A DNA stretch of 63,220 nucleotides, counting the filler, from Collodictyon triciliatum (taxonomy: Eukaryota), in NCBI GenBank assembly GCA_043381765.1. It is 11 parts of 11 records of this genome, joined end to end, with 100 filler letters (N's around TTAATTAATTAA, not from the genome) between each part and the next. Parts side by side here need not be neighbours in the genome. Positions count along the whole stretch, not along the records: positions 12,886 to 19,226 come from JBHJMP010004530.1; positions 19,327 to 25,670 come from JBHJMP010004531.1; positions 25,771 to 32,110 come from JBHJMP010004532.1; 8 more parts are not named here. One strand, given 5' to 3'. This document shows positions 12,938 to 28,077 of this stretch, one piece after another (the stretch's first letter is position 1; every line of letters starts with the position of its first letter). A program made the position numbers and the translations under genes. The notes under the pieces were generated by a model that was not told the origin of the DNA, did no database searches, and was given only the letters and a program-made list of their open reading frames with translations.

Positions 12938-15900
12938 ATCACGAGTGTACCCGAATGGTTATGTAGCATGACGTGGCTTGAATCCCTTGATATCTCTATG
13001 AATTATGTATTTTTCTATTCTCTTTTTGATGTTAAATTTATCTAACTATATAGAAAATATTATATCACTCTTAATAATAAAAAATTATTTTACCACACAG
13101 AAATACTAATTAAAAAAATGTAGTCTAAGTAGTATTATTTATTCGATCTGTTAACATTAGTAATTAATTTCATTACAAAAATTCACAGATATCCGAAATT
13201 CCCAAGGATGTGATGCTTCTTTCTAATATTACAAATTTATCTATAATTTCCAATAAGGTCTGTAATTTATTTTGTTATTCATATACTTCATCACGTAAAA
13301 TATTATGTATCATTATGGTTTACACGTCTCCATTTAACAATGACTTTTAGATTTCTTCACTTCATGCCTCTTTTTTTTCAATATTATCCATCGAACGCTT
13401 ATGTTTATGCAATAACCAGGTAACATTGCTCTTTAAATCGATTATTTATTCTTTCTTAAGTATTAATACTATTTCTTCCCCAAAGCTTGGTTCCATACCC
13501 GAAAAAATCACGCATCTGGTCAACATGAAATTTTTTTCTATGAGTTCGAACAAGGTTTCAAGACCTTCATAAATGATTGTTTAAAAAAAAACCATAAAAA
13601 TTGAAATGAAGATATTGGAATAATTTTTTTTAAAAAAAAATGAAAAAAAATAGGTATCATTCATTCCTGAGTGGCTTTTTGGAATGTCTTCGATAGAGTC
13701 CTTGGACTTGTCATTTAATCAAGTTTGTTTACTTTTGAGGCAGTTTTCTTCTATTTGGCCCTCGAAATAAATATCTGCTTGTACCTTTATTTCAATTTAT
13801 TTGAAATTTCAGAAAGTATTTATTCTGACTTTCAGAACCCTATAGATATCATGTATACCCGATGTTGTCGCGAATCTACTGCATTTGAAAATGTTGAATT
13901 TGTCTCACAATGAGGTACATTTTTTTTCTTGGCGGGGATTTTATTGAAAAGGAGAAGGAAATGCTTGTTCTCGAATGTAGAGCATCATAGAGTCTTGTTG
14001 GCTGTAAAGTTAATTAGGTGCACCATATAGATTACCATGCTGCCTCCTTGCCTAGGAACTATTAAAGGTTTGCGAAATGGGTTAAAAGTTGATTCCAATC
14101 CTATAGGAAATGTACCGATGAATGTAGTCAATAGAGGAAGCGATTTCTTGTTTGATTATTTGGCAGCATCAATGGATGGGCTGGTTAAGTGGAGGCAGGG
14201 TAGACTTTTACTCCTAGGCGAAGGAGAAGCAGGGAAAACCACCCTTACTCGGGCTTTGATGCAGCAATCTGGAAGATTTGAAAGTGCTATAAATGACCAA
14301 CAAGGAAGGACTGACGGAATTGAAAATGTTGACATAGATATTCATGATATGAACCTTGGTCACTCTCGAGAAGATATTTCAGTCAAGGTATGGGACTTTG
14401 GAGGGCAAGATGAATTTCAAGTCACACATCCATTTTTTTTATCATCAGGGGCTTTAGTTTTGATATTATACAGACTTGATCAAAGCGTACAGAGAAACAA
14501 TATTTCACGTTGGATTCAAATGATCGACGATTATGCACCAGGCTCCAAAGTTATAATTGCAGGAACCCACGCTGACTGTGAGGATGAGTACCATTCTCGG
14601 AGAATGCAGAAAGAAATAGAAAAAGCAATTAAAAGGAACAAGAAAGGTCATTTGTACATCAGTTATAATCTTAAGGTGAGTAACAAAAACGGAATTGGAA
14701 TCCGCGAATTACAAATGAAAATCTATGAAGGCATGCTTCAACTAGATAATGTGAACAAAGACGCTCCTAATTCATATGTCCGTCTTAAAGAATACCTCGA
14801 ATCTAAGGGCAGAATAAGGAAATATGACAGCTGTCTCGAAGTATTTGATTTTGCAGAATATTCTCTAAAAATGGATGTAGATCGATGCTCCAGTGCTCTC
14901 AAATTCCTTCATGATCTTGGCTCGATTGTTTGGTACTCTTCTCATGAGAATATCAAGGGTTATGTTTTTTTGGATCCCTTATTCTTGATTAACGTCTTCA
15001 GGTGCGTTTTCAGTTTTCAAGGAATAGGCAAAAAATCGAATGGAATTATACTCTTGGAGAAACTAAGGACCCGAATAAATCAAGAATTAGGCATGGAGGT
15101 TGATGAACCAGTATTTCATGCAGTTATAAATATTTTTGACCACTTTGGTCTTGGCATCAACTACAACAAGGAATGTATCGCCTTTCCATCCTTAATGGAA
15201 AATTGCCCCAATTTAAATGTGATATGGAACCAAAAACCAGAGTCACATTGCATCTCAGAGATAAGTGTTGTGCTATCAAGTGGGAGCGAAGTCCAGCTGT
15301 CTGATAAAAGCGGTATCATAACCCTATCTCTTCGATTAACTAAAGGAGCTCCTAAACGTGTTCTGCATGAAGATGTATTTTTCAGAGACGTCGCTCTAGT
15401 TCATTTAACAGACCACCAACAACAGGATGGCATCCCCTATTTTTTGATTCCTGGAGAAGATCTAGGAATATTGATCCACATTCAGAAATCGTCCATAAAT
15501 ATCACCATACGAAATTATGAATCAGGTGTTATAAACAAAAAACCGGCTAACCTTTTTAAGGTTTTGCGCTTCTTTGTTGACAGGATATCTTCGATTCGCC
15601 CCAATCTCGTCAAATTTTGCAAATTTGAATGTTATGAATGTCGTAAACAGAGGTCAAATGGTTTTATTAAGTCACCTGTAAAAATCAATGATTCAGATTT
15701 GATCAAATGTACTATGGGGCATAACCTCGATGCTGGCGCTGTTAAACGTGGGCACGTTTTCATGGAAGAAGGTACGAGCAATTTTGAACGTCAAAGTGAC
15801 ATGAAATATGTACCAATCTTTCTATTCCGACAAAATTGCATCTTAAATCACGCAGAAATGGAAAGTATAATGTCACTCCTTTCACATACATACATACATA

Positions 15901-18900
15901 CATACATACATACATACATACATACATACATACATACATACATACATACATACATACATACATACATACATACATACATAGTGGAAATAAAAGCACTCAT
16001 TTTCAAACATCACATATTTATTGTAGTTTTTCATTCAAAAATTCTTACAGATATGATATTATTGATTGATTTTTATGCTGCAATAGGTTTTAAACATCTA
16101 CAATCAGAGACAAATCGGAAGCATAATCAGAATGAAAGTTCTGCAAAGAATCTAGAGGTGAATGCAATCGACAAAGAACTGCGTGACTTATGGATTCATG
16201 AAAGAATTGAGTTGATAGAGTACATCGGAAAGGGCGCATTTGGTCGTGTTTATAAGACTTTTTATCAAGGAGAAGATGCAGTAGTGAAAATACAAACAAT
16301 AACAAGCCTTGACCAGAAAGATATTGGAAGCATGGTCTCATCTCTTATTCTGGAGAGTCGTTTCATGTTTCAATGTAGTAATTGTGAGCAAGTTGTGAAG
16401 CTTTATGGGGTTTATCGTAAGGACAGTGAATTTTATATGATTATGGAGCACGCTGGAATATCATTGAAGGATGTTATAGAAAAAATACCGATAAAGCCTT
16501 CAACTCTCCATAAATCATTATACATTAAAAATATTATACAAGGATTGATATTTATGCACTCCAAGGATCTCTACCATGAAGATCTTAAAGCTGATAACAT
16601 AATGATTGTAAAAAATACCGCTAAAATTGTCGACTTTGGTATAGTTAGTCATCGTGGTCAAGAAAAAGTTGGTTCCAGTTTGCCCACTAAATATGGGGAA
16701 TGGAAGCAAGGAGGGACACCAAACTGGCAAGCTCCAGAAATTCATGAAGTTACGTGTAACCTATACTACAAAGATGATCCATCCAAGTATGGAGATACTG
16801 AAACAAATATTGGTCATCGTGGAGAGCCAAGTAATGTATATGCATTAGGAATGCTTGTGTGGTACATGTTCTCTGGTATTGAGCCGTTCAGAAATGAAAA
16901 ATATCCAGAGAATTTTACCATCAGAGGGCTAAGGCCTGGTATTCCGTTGGAAACTCCTTTAGAATTTGAGTACCTTTTTAAAGCTTGTTGGAGACAAAAT
17001 TATAAACTCAGACCAAGTTTACATATGGTTTCTTCTTACGTGAATGAGTTAATATCAAATAAGCTCCAAATGACCCGAATGAGGATGAAGGAATTGCTTC
17101 CTGTGAAGTATTCATACTTGGATGATATGTACAAAGGAGAGTTCGTGGAGTGGCTTTTGGATCATGGTTTCAACCTAATAGGCCATAAGCTGTCTGATGA
17201 AACATGGACCAAAAGCACTGAAATTCTTGAAAAATTAAGTCATGAGTCGATTAAGGATAATTATTTGGTGAATCGGCAGGACAAATATGTACTTGTTCAT
17301 TTATCGCAGCAGAAATTGCTCCATAAAACTACGTCAAATAAACAATACGTTGGTGAGCTATCACATTATGAGTTGGCTGAGCATTTTAAAAAGAGTTCAA
17401 ACCATGCTTCAACTAGGCTATATGAAAAAGTTAAAGCATGGAAGCTTGACGGACCGGCCATTTCAAAATTAAATGAACCAAATATATATACAAGATACTA
17501 CATTCCAGAGCAAGAAATTTCTTTTGTTGCTGAATTTATTAGTGATCAAAAATTGACGGAGCAAGGGACATCATCAACTGTCCTTCCTTTTAACGCTAAT
17601 ACATCTTTAGAGGGTGTAGAAAATATCGAACCGCGCTACACCCCTCTCTGTTACGGACTAATCCATTCCACCTCTCTTTGGCTTGGCGGAAAGAATCTCT
17701 CTTTTGTGCCTGATTTTACCAGATATTTGACCAAGATGAGGCGACTTTATTTGCATTCTAACAAAGTAAACCTCAAGATTACTATGTTTCCATTTATTTT
17801 TAAATAGGATTGGATTCATTCAACTGTTTTCTATAAAACATATGATATATGTCTTATTTTTATAATAACTCAATACTAATACTATGTAGCTCAAATTCCT
17901 GTCAGATGCATGTTTTGCTTTGACAGATTTGATTTCTATGGACTTTTCGGATAATAAGGTATTCAGCTGTTTCTGAAAATGTTATATTGTATACATAATT
18001 TCCAGCTAGCCTGATTTGATTATAAAAGAGCCTTATTTCTAATGCACTGCCCTTTTCTCTTTCTTTTTTTTAAACTATACTCCCTTTTTATTATAAGTTA
18101 ATTTGATTGGTTTGGTTTCATTTGGTTAGGTTTCACTGTTGCCTCAACAGATATCGAACATATCTTCTCTAGAATATTTGAATATGAGCAATAATAGATT
18201 ATCCAGCCTTCCGAATAGTTTTTCAATACTTTCTAATTTGAAGGGTTTAGATATATCAAATAATAAGGCATGTTTTATTATGTATTAATCGTTCACAAAT
18301 TAAGTTAGCATCGGATATTGCCTTAATACATATAAGTATCCACATTGTGACCTAGTGTGTTGTAGTCATATTTTTATTTACTATATTGATCTTATATATC
18401 ATGATATAAGGCTGATATTTATATATATATTATAGATTTCTACTTGTCCTGGCCCTATTTTCTTGCTGAAGTCGATTGAAACTCTCCATTTATCTGACAA
18501 CTATATTTCATTTATCCCAAATAACTTTTCAAATCTATCGCTATTGACAGAGCTAAGTTTATACGGAAACCCAGTAAGATTGAATCAAAAACCTTGAAAT
18601 AATTGATTTCATCATAATAATCATTTAAATTATCAAAAAAAAATCAACATTTCTCATTTAGGTGGAGGAACTACCATGCGAATTCAACAAACTCGTGAGT
18701 TTGAAGAAGTTGCTCATTAGGAGCGACAGTGGAGGCATCGAACTCCGAAGGGCGCATATTAGTATCACAGAGTTATTTATTTGGAAAAACATTGAGAACT
18801 CTGAGGCAGACTCAATCCGCTCCCTCAAATTGTATCACGATCCAGTAATTCTTCATGAATTGCGCATACTTTTTTCAACACTACATTATGCTGTCGCATA

Positions 18901-19198
18901 TATCTTTCCATTTACAACTTCGACTCGTATGAAGGGAAAAAAAAATCTATTTGTAACACAGGCGAACAAATCCATCATAGGTTAATTTTTTTTCAAAAAA
19001 ATCATACATTAGATTGGTCTTGGTTTAAAATATGAGTATTGTATCCCAAATAAAGAGGAAAAGATGAATTGGAAGCCAAATGAAGAGCAAATTAGAGACT
19101 GGAAGATGCTCGGCTTTGCAGGGATGGCCCTTCAAGCAATACCTCCATTCGTATCTATGTTAAAGGATTTGAATTATATCAGCTTCCATAATAACACT
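12938..19198 (+). CDS. Roco-family protein: LRR(n)-Roc GTPase-COR-protein kinase-SAM-like-LRR(n)-LRR, partial at both ends
   Basis: Roc motifs GEGEAGKT, WDFGGQ, GTHAD. COR motif LHDLGSIVWY..VFLDP. Kinase motifs GKGAFG, HEDLKADN, DFG, GTPNWQAPE, CW...RPS. LRR exons at 12938-13006, 13189-13257, 13351-13419, 13486-13554, 13654-13722 and 13846-13914; core 14031-15771 plus 16087-17765; then 17890-17958, 18130-18267, 18436-18573, 18662-18844 and 19013-19198. Confidence 0.93.
15885..15980. repeat. (CATA)x24 inside a stop-free 315-nt putative intron of the Roco gene
   Basis: Seen directly; donor GTACG at 15772, acceptor AG at 16085-16086. Confidence 0.9.
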
Positions 19199-19326
19199 GT
19201 AAGTATCCCGAACCATGCATGATAATNNNNNNNNNNNNNNNNNNNNNNNNNNNNNNNNNNNNNNNNNNNNTTAATTAATTAANNNNNNNNNNNNNNNNNN
19301 NNNNNNNNNNNNNNNNNNNNNNNNNN

Positions 19327-19790
19327 TTTTTTTTTTTTTATGTTTTTTTTTATGTTTTTTTTATGTTTTTTTTATGGGGTGATATGACGGAATTAATCCA
19401 TGGGAGGAATTTGATGAGAAGTGGGCCATTCCAAAATGCAGACAAGATGCTTCGATTGAATGTGTATAGTACGAGAAAGGTTTTCCTCGCCCAAATTGTA
19501 GGTGGGGCTATTTCATTATTATTTTTATCGAAAGCCGGCACCGGAACAGCTTCGGTCCAGCGAGCATTTGGGTCTCTCAACCTGGCCAAATGACAATCTT
19601 GCTAGCTGGCATACTGTATGTCATTTTTGCACAATTATGTCTTAGTTCACGAAATCTCTTGACATGTGTCAGCTTATGTGTGACACTTGTGTCAGGTAAT
19701 TTCCCTATTGCCCTACATAATTCTGCCTTTGACAGATTTGACATAGGACTTTGGACGGGGCGGGGCGTTCGGTTTCTGTGCTTTTTTTTT
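19327..19790 (-). mobile_element. 3' end of a poly(A)-tailed retroelement, possibly restriction-like-endonuclease (RLE) type
   Basis: A-rich tail at 19327-19375 on the minus strand. Frameshifted peptide PDTSVTH...ELRHNCAKMTY...VPAFD...LYTFNRSIL loosely follows the RLE C-terminal pattern. Confidence 0.4.
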
Positions 19791-21880
19791 TAGATTTTTT
19801 CGGTTTTTATATTTATTTTTTTTTTATTATTTGTTTTTGTTTTTTGATTTTGATTTTGATTTCGATTTTTTTCTTTCAATTTTTTTCTTTCAATTTTGTG
19901 CAGGATGGTTGAGGTGCTGGCTTTGGTTCGCTAGCCATCTTTTGTGTGGGCACCACTTGGTGGCCGGATGGTGGAGAAGAAGACGGTAATAAGGAATCGC
20001 ATCCTGCGGTTTGGCCTGTAGCCTGGGTCTTGTGCTTGCACGAGGGATACAAGGCGAGGTTTAATATCTTTCTCAGCCTCTTTACAAATGTCTCTTCTCA
20101 CAGGGTCTGAGTAATAGAGAACGTGCAGGTGGCGAAGGAAGCTGTTGAGGAAAGAGATTTGTATGATGTCATCCAGTCTGTTATCAGGAATGGGTGGCTG
20201 GTTGTTGAGTCTTGCTTTGCGTGAGTATATGCGCGCTATCCACATAGCCCATAGCAAATGGCCTCGCGTCACTGCCCAGAGTGTTTTTGCCTCTGGACGC
20301 AGCTGTTGCAGAGGCCCAAATATCGCCTGGATTGGGCCAACAGCTGCAGCCGTCTTGAGTGTCAGTCGAAGAATCTCACCGGCTGTTTCGCGCAGGTTCT
20401 GAGCGAAGAGACATTGCACAAATGTGTGCTCGATGGACTCATCATTGTTGCTGCAAAGTGTGCATTCTTGGGAGACTTTACCAGCTTTTGCCGCGCGTGT
20501 GCCTATTCATAGCTGCCTATTGGTGATATAAAGCATTAGAGAGCGGTGATTTGGTGTATATCTCATTTTGCTGGATACTGATGAAGATTTCACGAGCAAA
20601 GGAACGAACCTCATCCAATCAGAACTTCCTTGGGTGACTGCTTTGAGTAGATTCGTTTGTGAATGGAATCGTCTCGCTCCACGCCAAGCCCCGAGACATT
20701 CAACCTTTTTTTTTTTTTATTCTTCCTTTCAATTTTGTGCAGGATGGTGGGATGCTGCCGAGACATTCAACCTTACATATGATTGTGCAAGCTACCTCGT
20801 GTTTGTGGAGGGAGACGTACTCCTCTGCAGTCTTAGCGAAAGGGCGAGACAAAGTGAGCAAGAAGTACTTTGACAACTGAGGAAGTTGGTAGCTGTGTGT
20901 CGCGTCCTTCCACAGGAGGTGCTGGATTGTTTTACACCAAGGTAGCATTCACATCCCGCTTTTTTCTCGCATTGAGGTTGTTTGTGAGGCAGCCGCAAAG
21001 CCCCGCTGAGTCAAGCCTTGTCTTCTTTCCTCTCCTTGTGGCGAACAAGTTGGGATGTGCCACGCGCTATCCCGTCAGAGGAGAGACCCGTCAAGGCCGC
21101 GAGTTGAAACCATTTCTACGAGAGTCCAGTCGCGCCTCTAGCCACCTTTCTAGAGGGTTATAGAAGGGCTTCTTGCTTTGTCAGTCGCCCAGTTCTAGAG
21201 GCGAGGCCTAGCGGGACTCGACTTGCTTCGAAGGTTACATATGTGGTGTTTATTCGACATAAATCAGGCGGCAGCAACGACTGTGACTGCGACTGCGATG
21301 AACGGTCAAGCGCTCTGCAGCCAACTGTGTGAAAAGCAGAGGCGTGTTCAGTGCGAGATTCTGTGTCTGGTGCGTTACTCGATGGAAGGGATAAGAGAAA
21401 TGAAGGGAGGGCAATGTCAATGTCTGGGCCCTGAGCAAGTTGCTCCACAGCCGAGTGGCCGAAGCGAGCAAGCGCATTCGTGCCTTTCACAGCCATGGGG
21501 CAGACTCAGCCAGGGAAACGCACGCCTTTTGGGCGCAGATTCCCTTTTCCACCCAAGTTTTGCTGTAGCGCACTTTCGGCTCTGTTGTGGAATGTTGAGA
21601 CTGACACAACAGGAATTTGGGTGCGCTCGACATGAGGGTTTCATGGGGGTCAGTTGGTTGGCGAAGAGTTGGTTGGCGAAAGGAGGTAAGCACTTACGTT
21701 CACTTAGTTCTGCTTCCTCGGCGTCCTTTTCGGCTGCTGATCTGCTGGCATCGAGTCCTGATCCTTCGATTGGCTGAGAGCCGATCCTACCCACTCCTTT
21801 TGACTTTCTTTCACACTGCCAGGTGAATGGCGCAAACATATAAGGGACATCAGGCAGCCCACAAAGACCACAAAACCGGT
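19791..21880 (-). mobile_element. 5'-truncated L1/Tx1-like non-LTR retrotransposon (ORF2 C-terminus with zf-RVT), degenerate
   Basis: CCHC finger ECTLCSNNDESIEHTFVQCLFAQ, followed by LWAVTRGHLLWAMWIAR. W-to-TGA change at 20507-20509. A-rich tail at about 19791-19890. Homologous to 30160-31550. The 5' boundary is approximate. Confidence 0.85.
20691..20774 (-). mobile_element. 50-nt poly(A)-tailed micro-insertion with a 17-bp target-site duplication
   Basis: CCGAGACATTCAACCTT at 20691-20707 and 20758-20774. Insert 20708-20757 matches the element 3' terminus at about 19887-19919. Confidence 0.9.
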
Positions 21881-22097
21881 ATAGCAATAATAATAATTCA
21901 TGAGCTATATTATGATTTATTATATTTTTTTGTGTATTTTATCACACAATGAATATATAACATGATTATGTATATTTTCCAGAATGAGAATTTCCAATCT
22001 CGTTCGTTGGGAGTCATTCATGGATCTGTTTGAGAGATGTTGCTTTATTTGCACCGCAAAGATGCGCCCGCAGGAACAGAGGCAAAGGGGGGCTTTG

Positions 22098-25519
<3,422 letters not shown>

Positions 25520-27583
25520 TTTTCTTCTGGCAGGTCGTTTTTTTTTTTCGGTTCCATTCAGCAGATGGCCATGTGTTTGTTTTTGTTTGTTTTTGTTTGT
25601 TTTTGTTTGTTTTTGTTTGTTTTTGTTTGTTTTTGTTTGTTTTTGTTTGTTTTTGTTTGTTTTTGTTTGTNNNNNNNNNNNNNNNNNNNNNNNNNNNNNN
25701 NNNNNNNNNNNNNNTTAATTAATTAANNNNNNNNNNNNNNNNNNNNNNNNNNNNNNNNNNNNNNNNNNNNTTTTTATTTTTGTTTTTTATTTTTGTTTTT
25801 TATTTTTGTTTTTTATTTTTGTTTTTTATTTTTGTTTTTTATTTTTGTTTTTTATTTTTGTTTTTTATTGGTTTATTGGTTTATTGGTTTATTGGTCTGT
25901 TTGTTTGCTGGTACGTTTGTTTTATTGCTTCAGGATAGGCTGGCCGCGCAGAGCTTAGTGGCCGATCGCAGCCATGGATTAATGTGAGGATACTTGCCTG
26001 CCCTTTCATAAGCGCTTGTGCAGAATTGTGCGGCGAAGATGCCAGAAGCTTCCAGAGGGCAGCGCCACAAATCCGTAAATTCCAAGTCTGGCAAAATGTG
26101 GCTTCCTAATATATAAATTATAATTGGAATATATACGTCTTATGATTTTATACATTATAGATTGGTATTTATTTATCTTTAACATATAAAAAAATATCTA
26201 ATATACTATTAGTAGCTTATAGGAGACTCTAAGTGTCTACAGTTCCCTCGAGCAGCCACGCATGCCCAAATGCACGGATACCGGCGGGTCGAAAAAAACA
26301 GCGCCAGGGAATAACGGAAGAATGCAGGAAATGCGTACGAGAGAAACATTTTTTTTTATTTCACCCGCACAGCGCGAACGACCAAAAGAAATTTTGCAAG
26401 ACAGCCAGAGTGACGTCACACAGGGCAAGTTTGTAATGATTTTGATCGCCAAAGCCTTTGTGAGATTTGTCGACAGTTTTGTGGGTAGCAAGCTAAGCGC
26501 TTTTCAGGTGGGATTGTGGATCTTATTTGTTTCGCATGCACCAAAGCTTTTCGCCAGTCGATACAGTCCGTGTTTGTTGCAGGACGCTTTGACTACTCCC
26601 CAAAGCACTGGGGTGCATCGCTCGCCGGGATACCAACAATTCATTGCGCTAGTTGATCGACGTGTTGGGTTGTGGGAGTGGGTTTTCATAGAGTTTCATT
26701 TGAGAAAAAGTCCTATGCTTAGTTGAACAGACATTTAAATAGATGCTGTTTATTTGTGTCTCATTTTGAAAGGGCGTAAAACAAAAGAAAAAATACCAAG
26801 AAAATGTTCAAAAAGCAACCAAATTCAAATCATTAGTTCGTCCACGACAGTTCCTGCGCATGTGCGCATTGGGAAGGGAAAAAAAGGAGAAAGAATTTTA
26901 GGCTAGCTTTTTTTTTTTCCCCCTTCGTTTTCTTTTGCCTCGTTTTATTTCTGTGTAAAATTAAGCATAAGTGTCATTCGCGTATATAAACAGAACGAAT
27001 GCACAGCTACACATTTGTCAAGAGTCAGAGTGGCGCCATGATCGCTTCAACCACCGGCATAACAACCACCCATAATGACTGCCCGATGACAGCAACTTTC
27101 AACACTCCCCCAGCTCTGTCTCTCAGTATATTTCACCTACCTCTTTACCTTTTCAACTAAAGTGTGTAGGGTGCTGCTTTTGAATCGTTAGAGACGGCCC
27201 TTTCTCCTTTTTTTTTTTTTTTGATTCTCCAGTGTCTAACAAAGAGTAGGCGAGAAGGAAGAACAAGAAATGGCTATTGATTTGTTTACATGAAGAGATT
27301 TGTGGAGAAGAGCGTGGTATGTTCTTGAGGTTCTATGAATAGAGTTGTTATTTCAAACAACTCCCCATCCCGATGGCTGCCTCCTTCAAAATGGCTGTGC
27401 CCATATAATTCCCCTTTCCCATATGAATTAACGAATGCTAGAAGATCGAGTTGTGATCAATCTCTTGGGCAATTTATTCTCCCTGATGAAGATATACTGA
27501 TAAAGCACCTATCTATGTTTTTTGGCTGTTTCGTCCTCAAAGCTATATTCCATTCTTTCCTTTTTTATTTATTTATTTATTTT

Positions 27584-27646
<63 letters not shown>

Positions 27647-28077
27647 TCATACGCATTAAGTAGATTGTACAAGGCGTAACAATAACTGGGAAGACAAAAA
27701 AAGTTTGTATTCGAGCCAAACAAGACACTTGAAGCTACCAAAACAAGTCACAGAGGGAGACGACACAAGGTCAGGGGTCTACAGTAAGAGAAGAGAAATT
27801 TGCACACAGCGATGCTCAGGAGATTCACGGCTGCAGAAAATATTCATCCAGCCCACTGGCAGCAGAGTACATTCCCGATGTCATTGGCCCAATCCTTTGT
27901 TATTCCAGCCCATGACAGGTTCCTCTTTTTTTTTCTTTTTCTTTTTTTTTTGTTCATAGAGCCACAAAAAAACATCACAACTCTGCGATAACAAGGAAAC
28001 AAATTATAGACCAAGACTCTGTACCATAATTCACTTATTTTTTCCCAGTTCAATCACTAATAAACTATTACCTTAAG

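Noticed and set aside
20507-20509. In-frame TGA aligned with Trp in the other LINE copy, suggesting TGA=Trp recoding
   Set aside because: TGA terminates PRMT5, the RING gene and the FYVE-PH gene normally; this is a nonsense mutation in a dead element.
25990-26110. ATACTTGCCTG resembles the U1 snRNA 5' end (a variant that would pair with GC donors)
   Set aside because: No U1 loop I (GATCA..GAAG), loop II (ATTGCAC) or Sm site follows; more likely chance or the reverse complement of a splice donor.
26262-26726. 154-aa ORF in a GC-richer patch with a TGACGTCA palindrome
   Set aside because: No recognisable motifs or splice support; an 8-mer alone is not evidence of a regulatory site.
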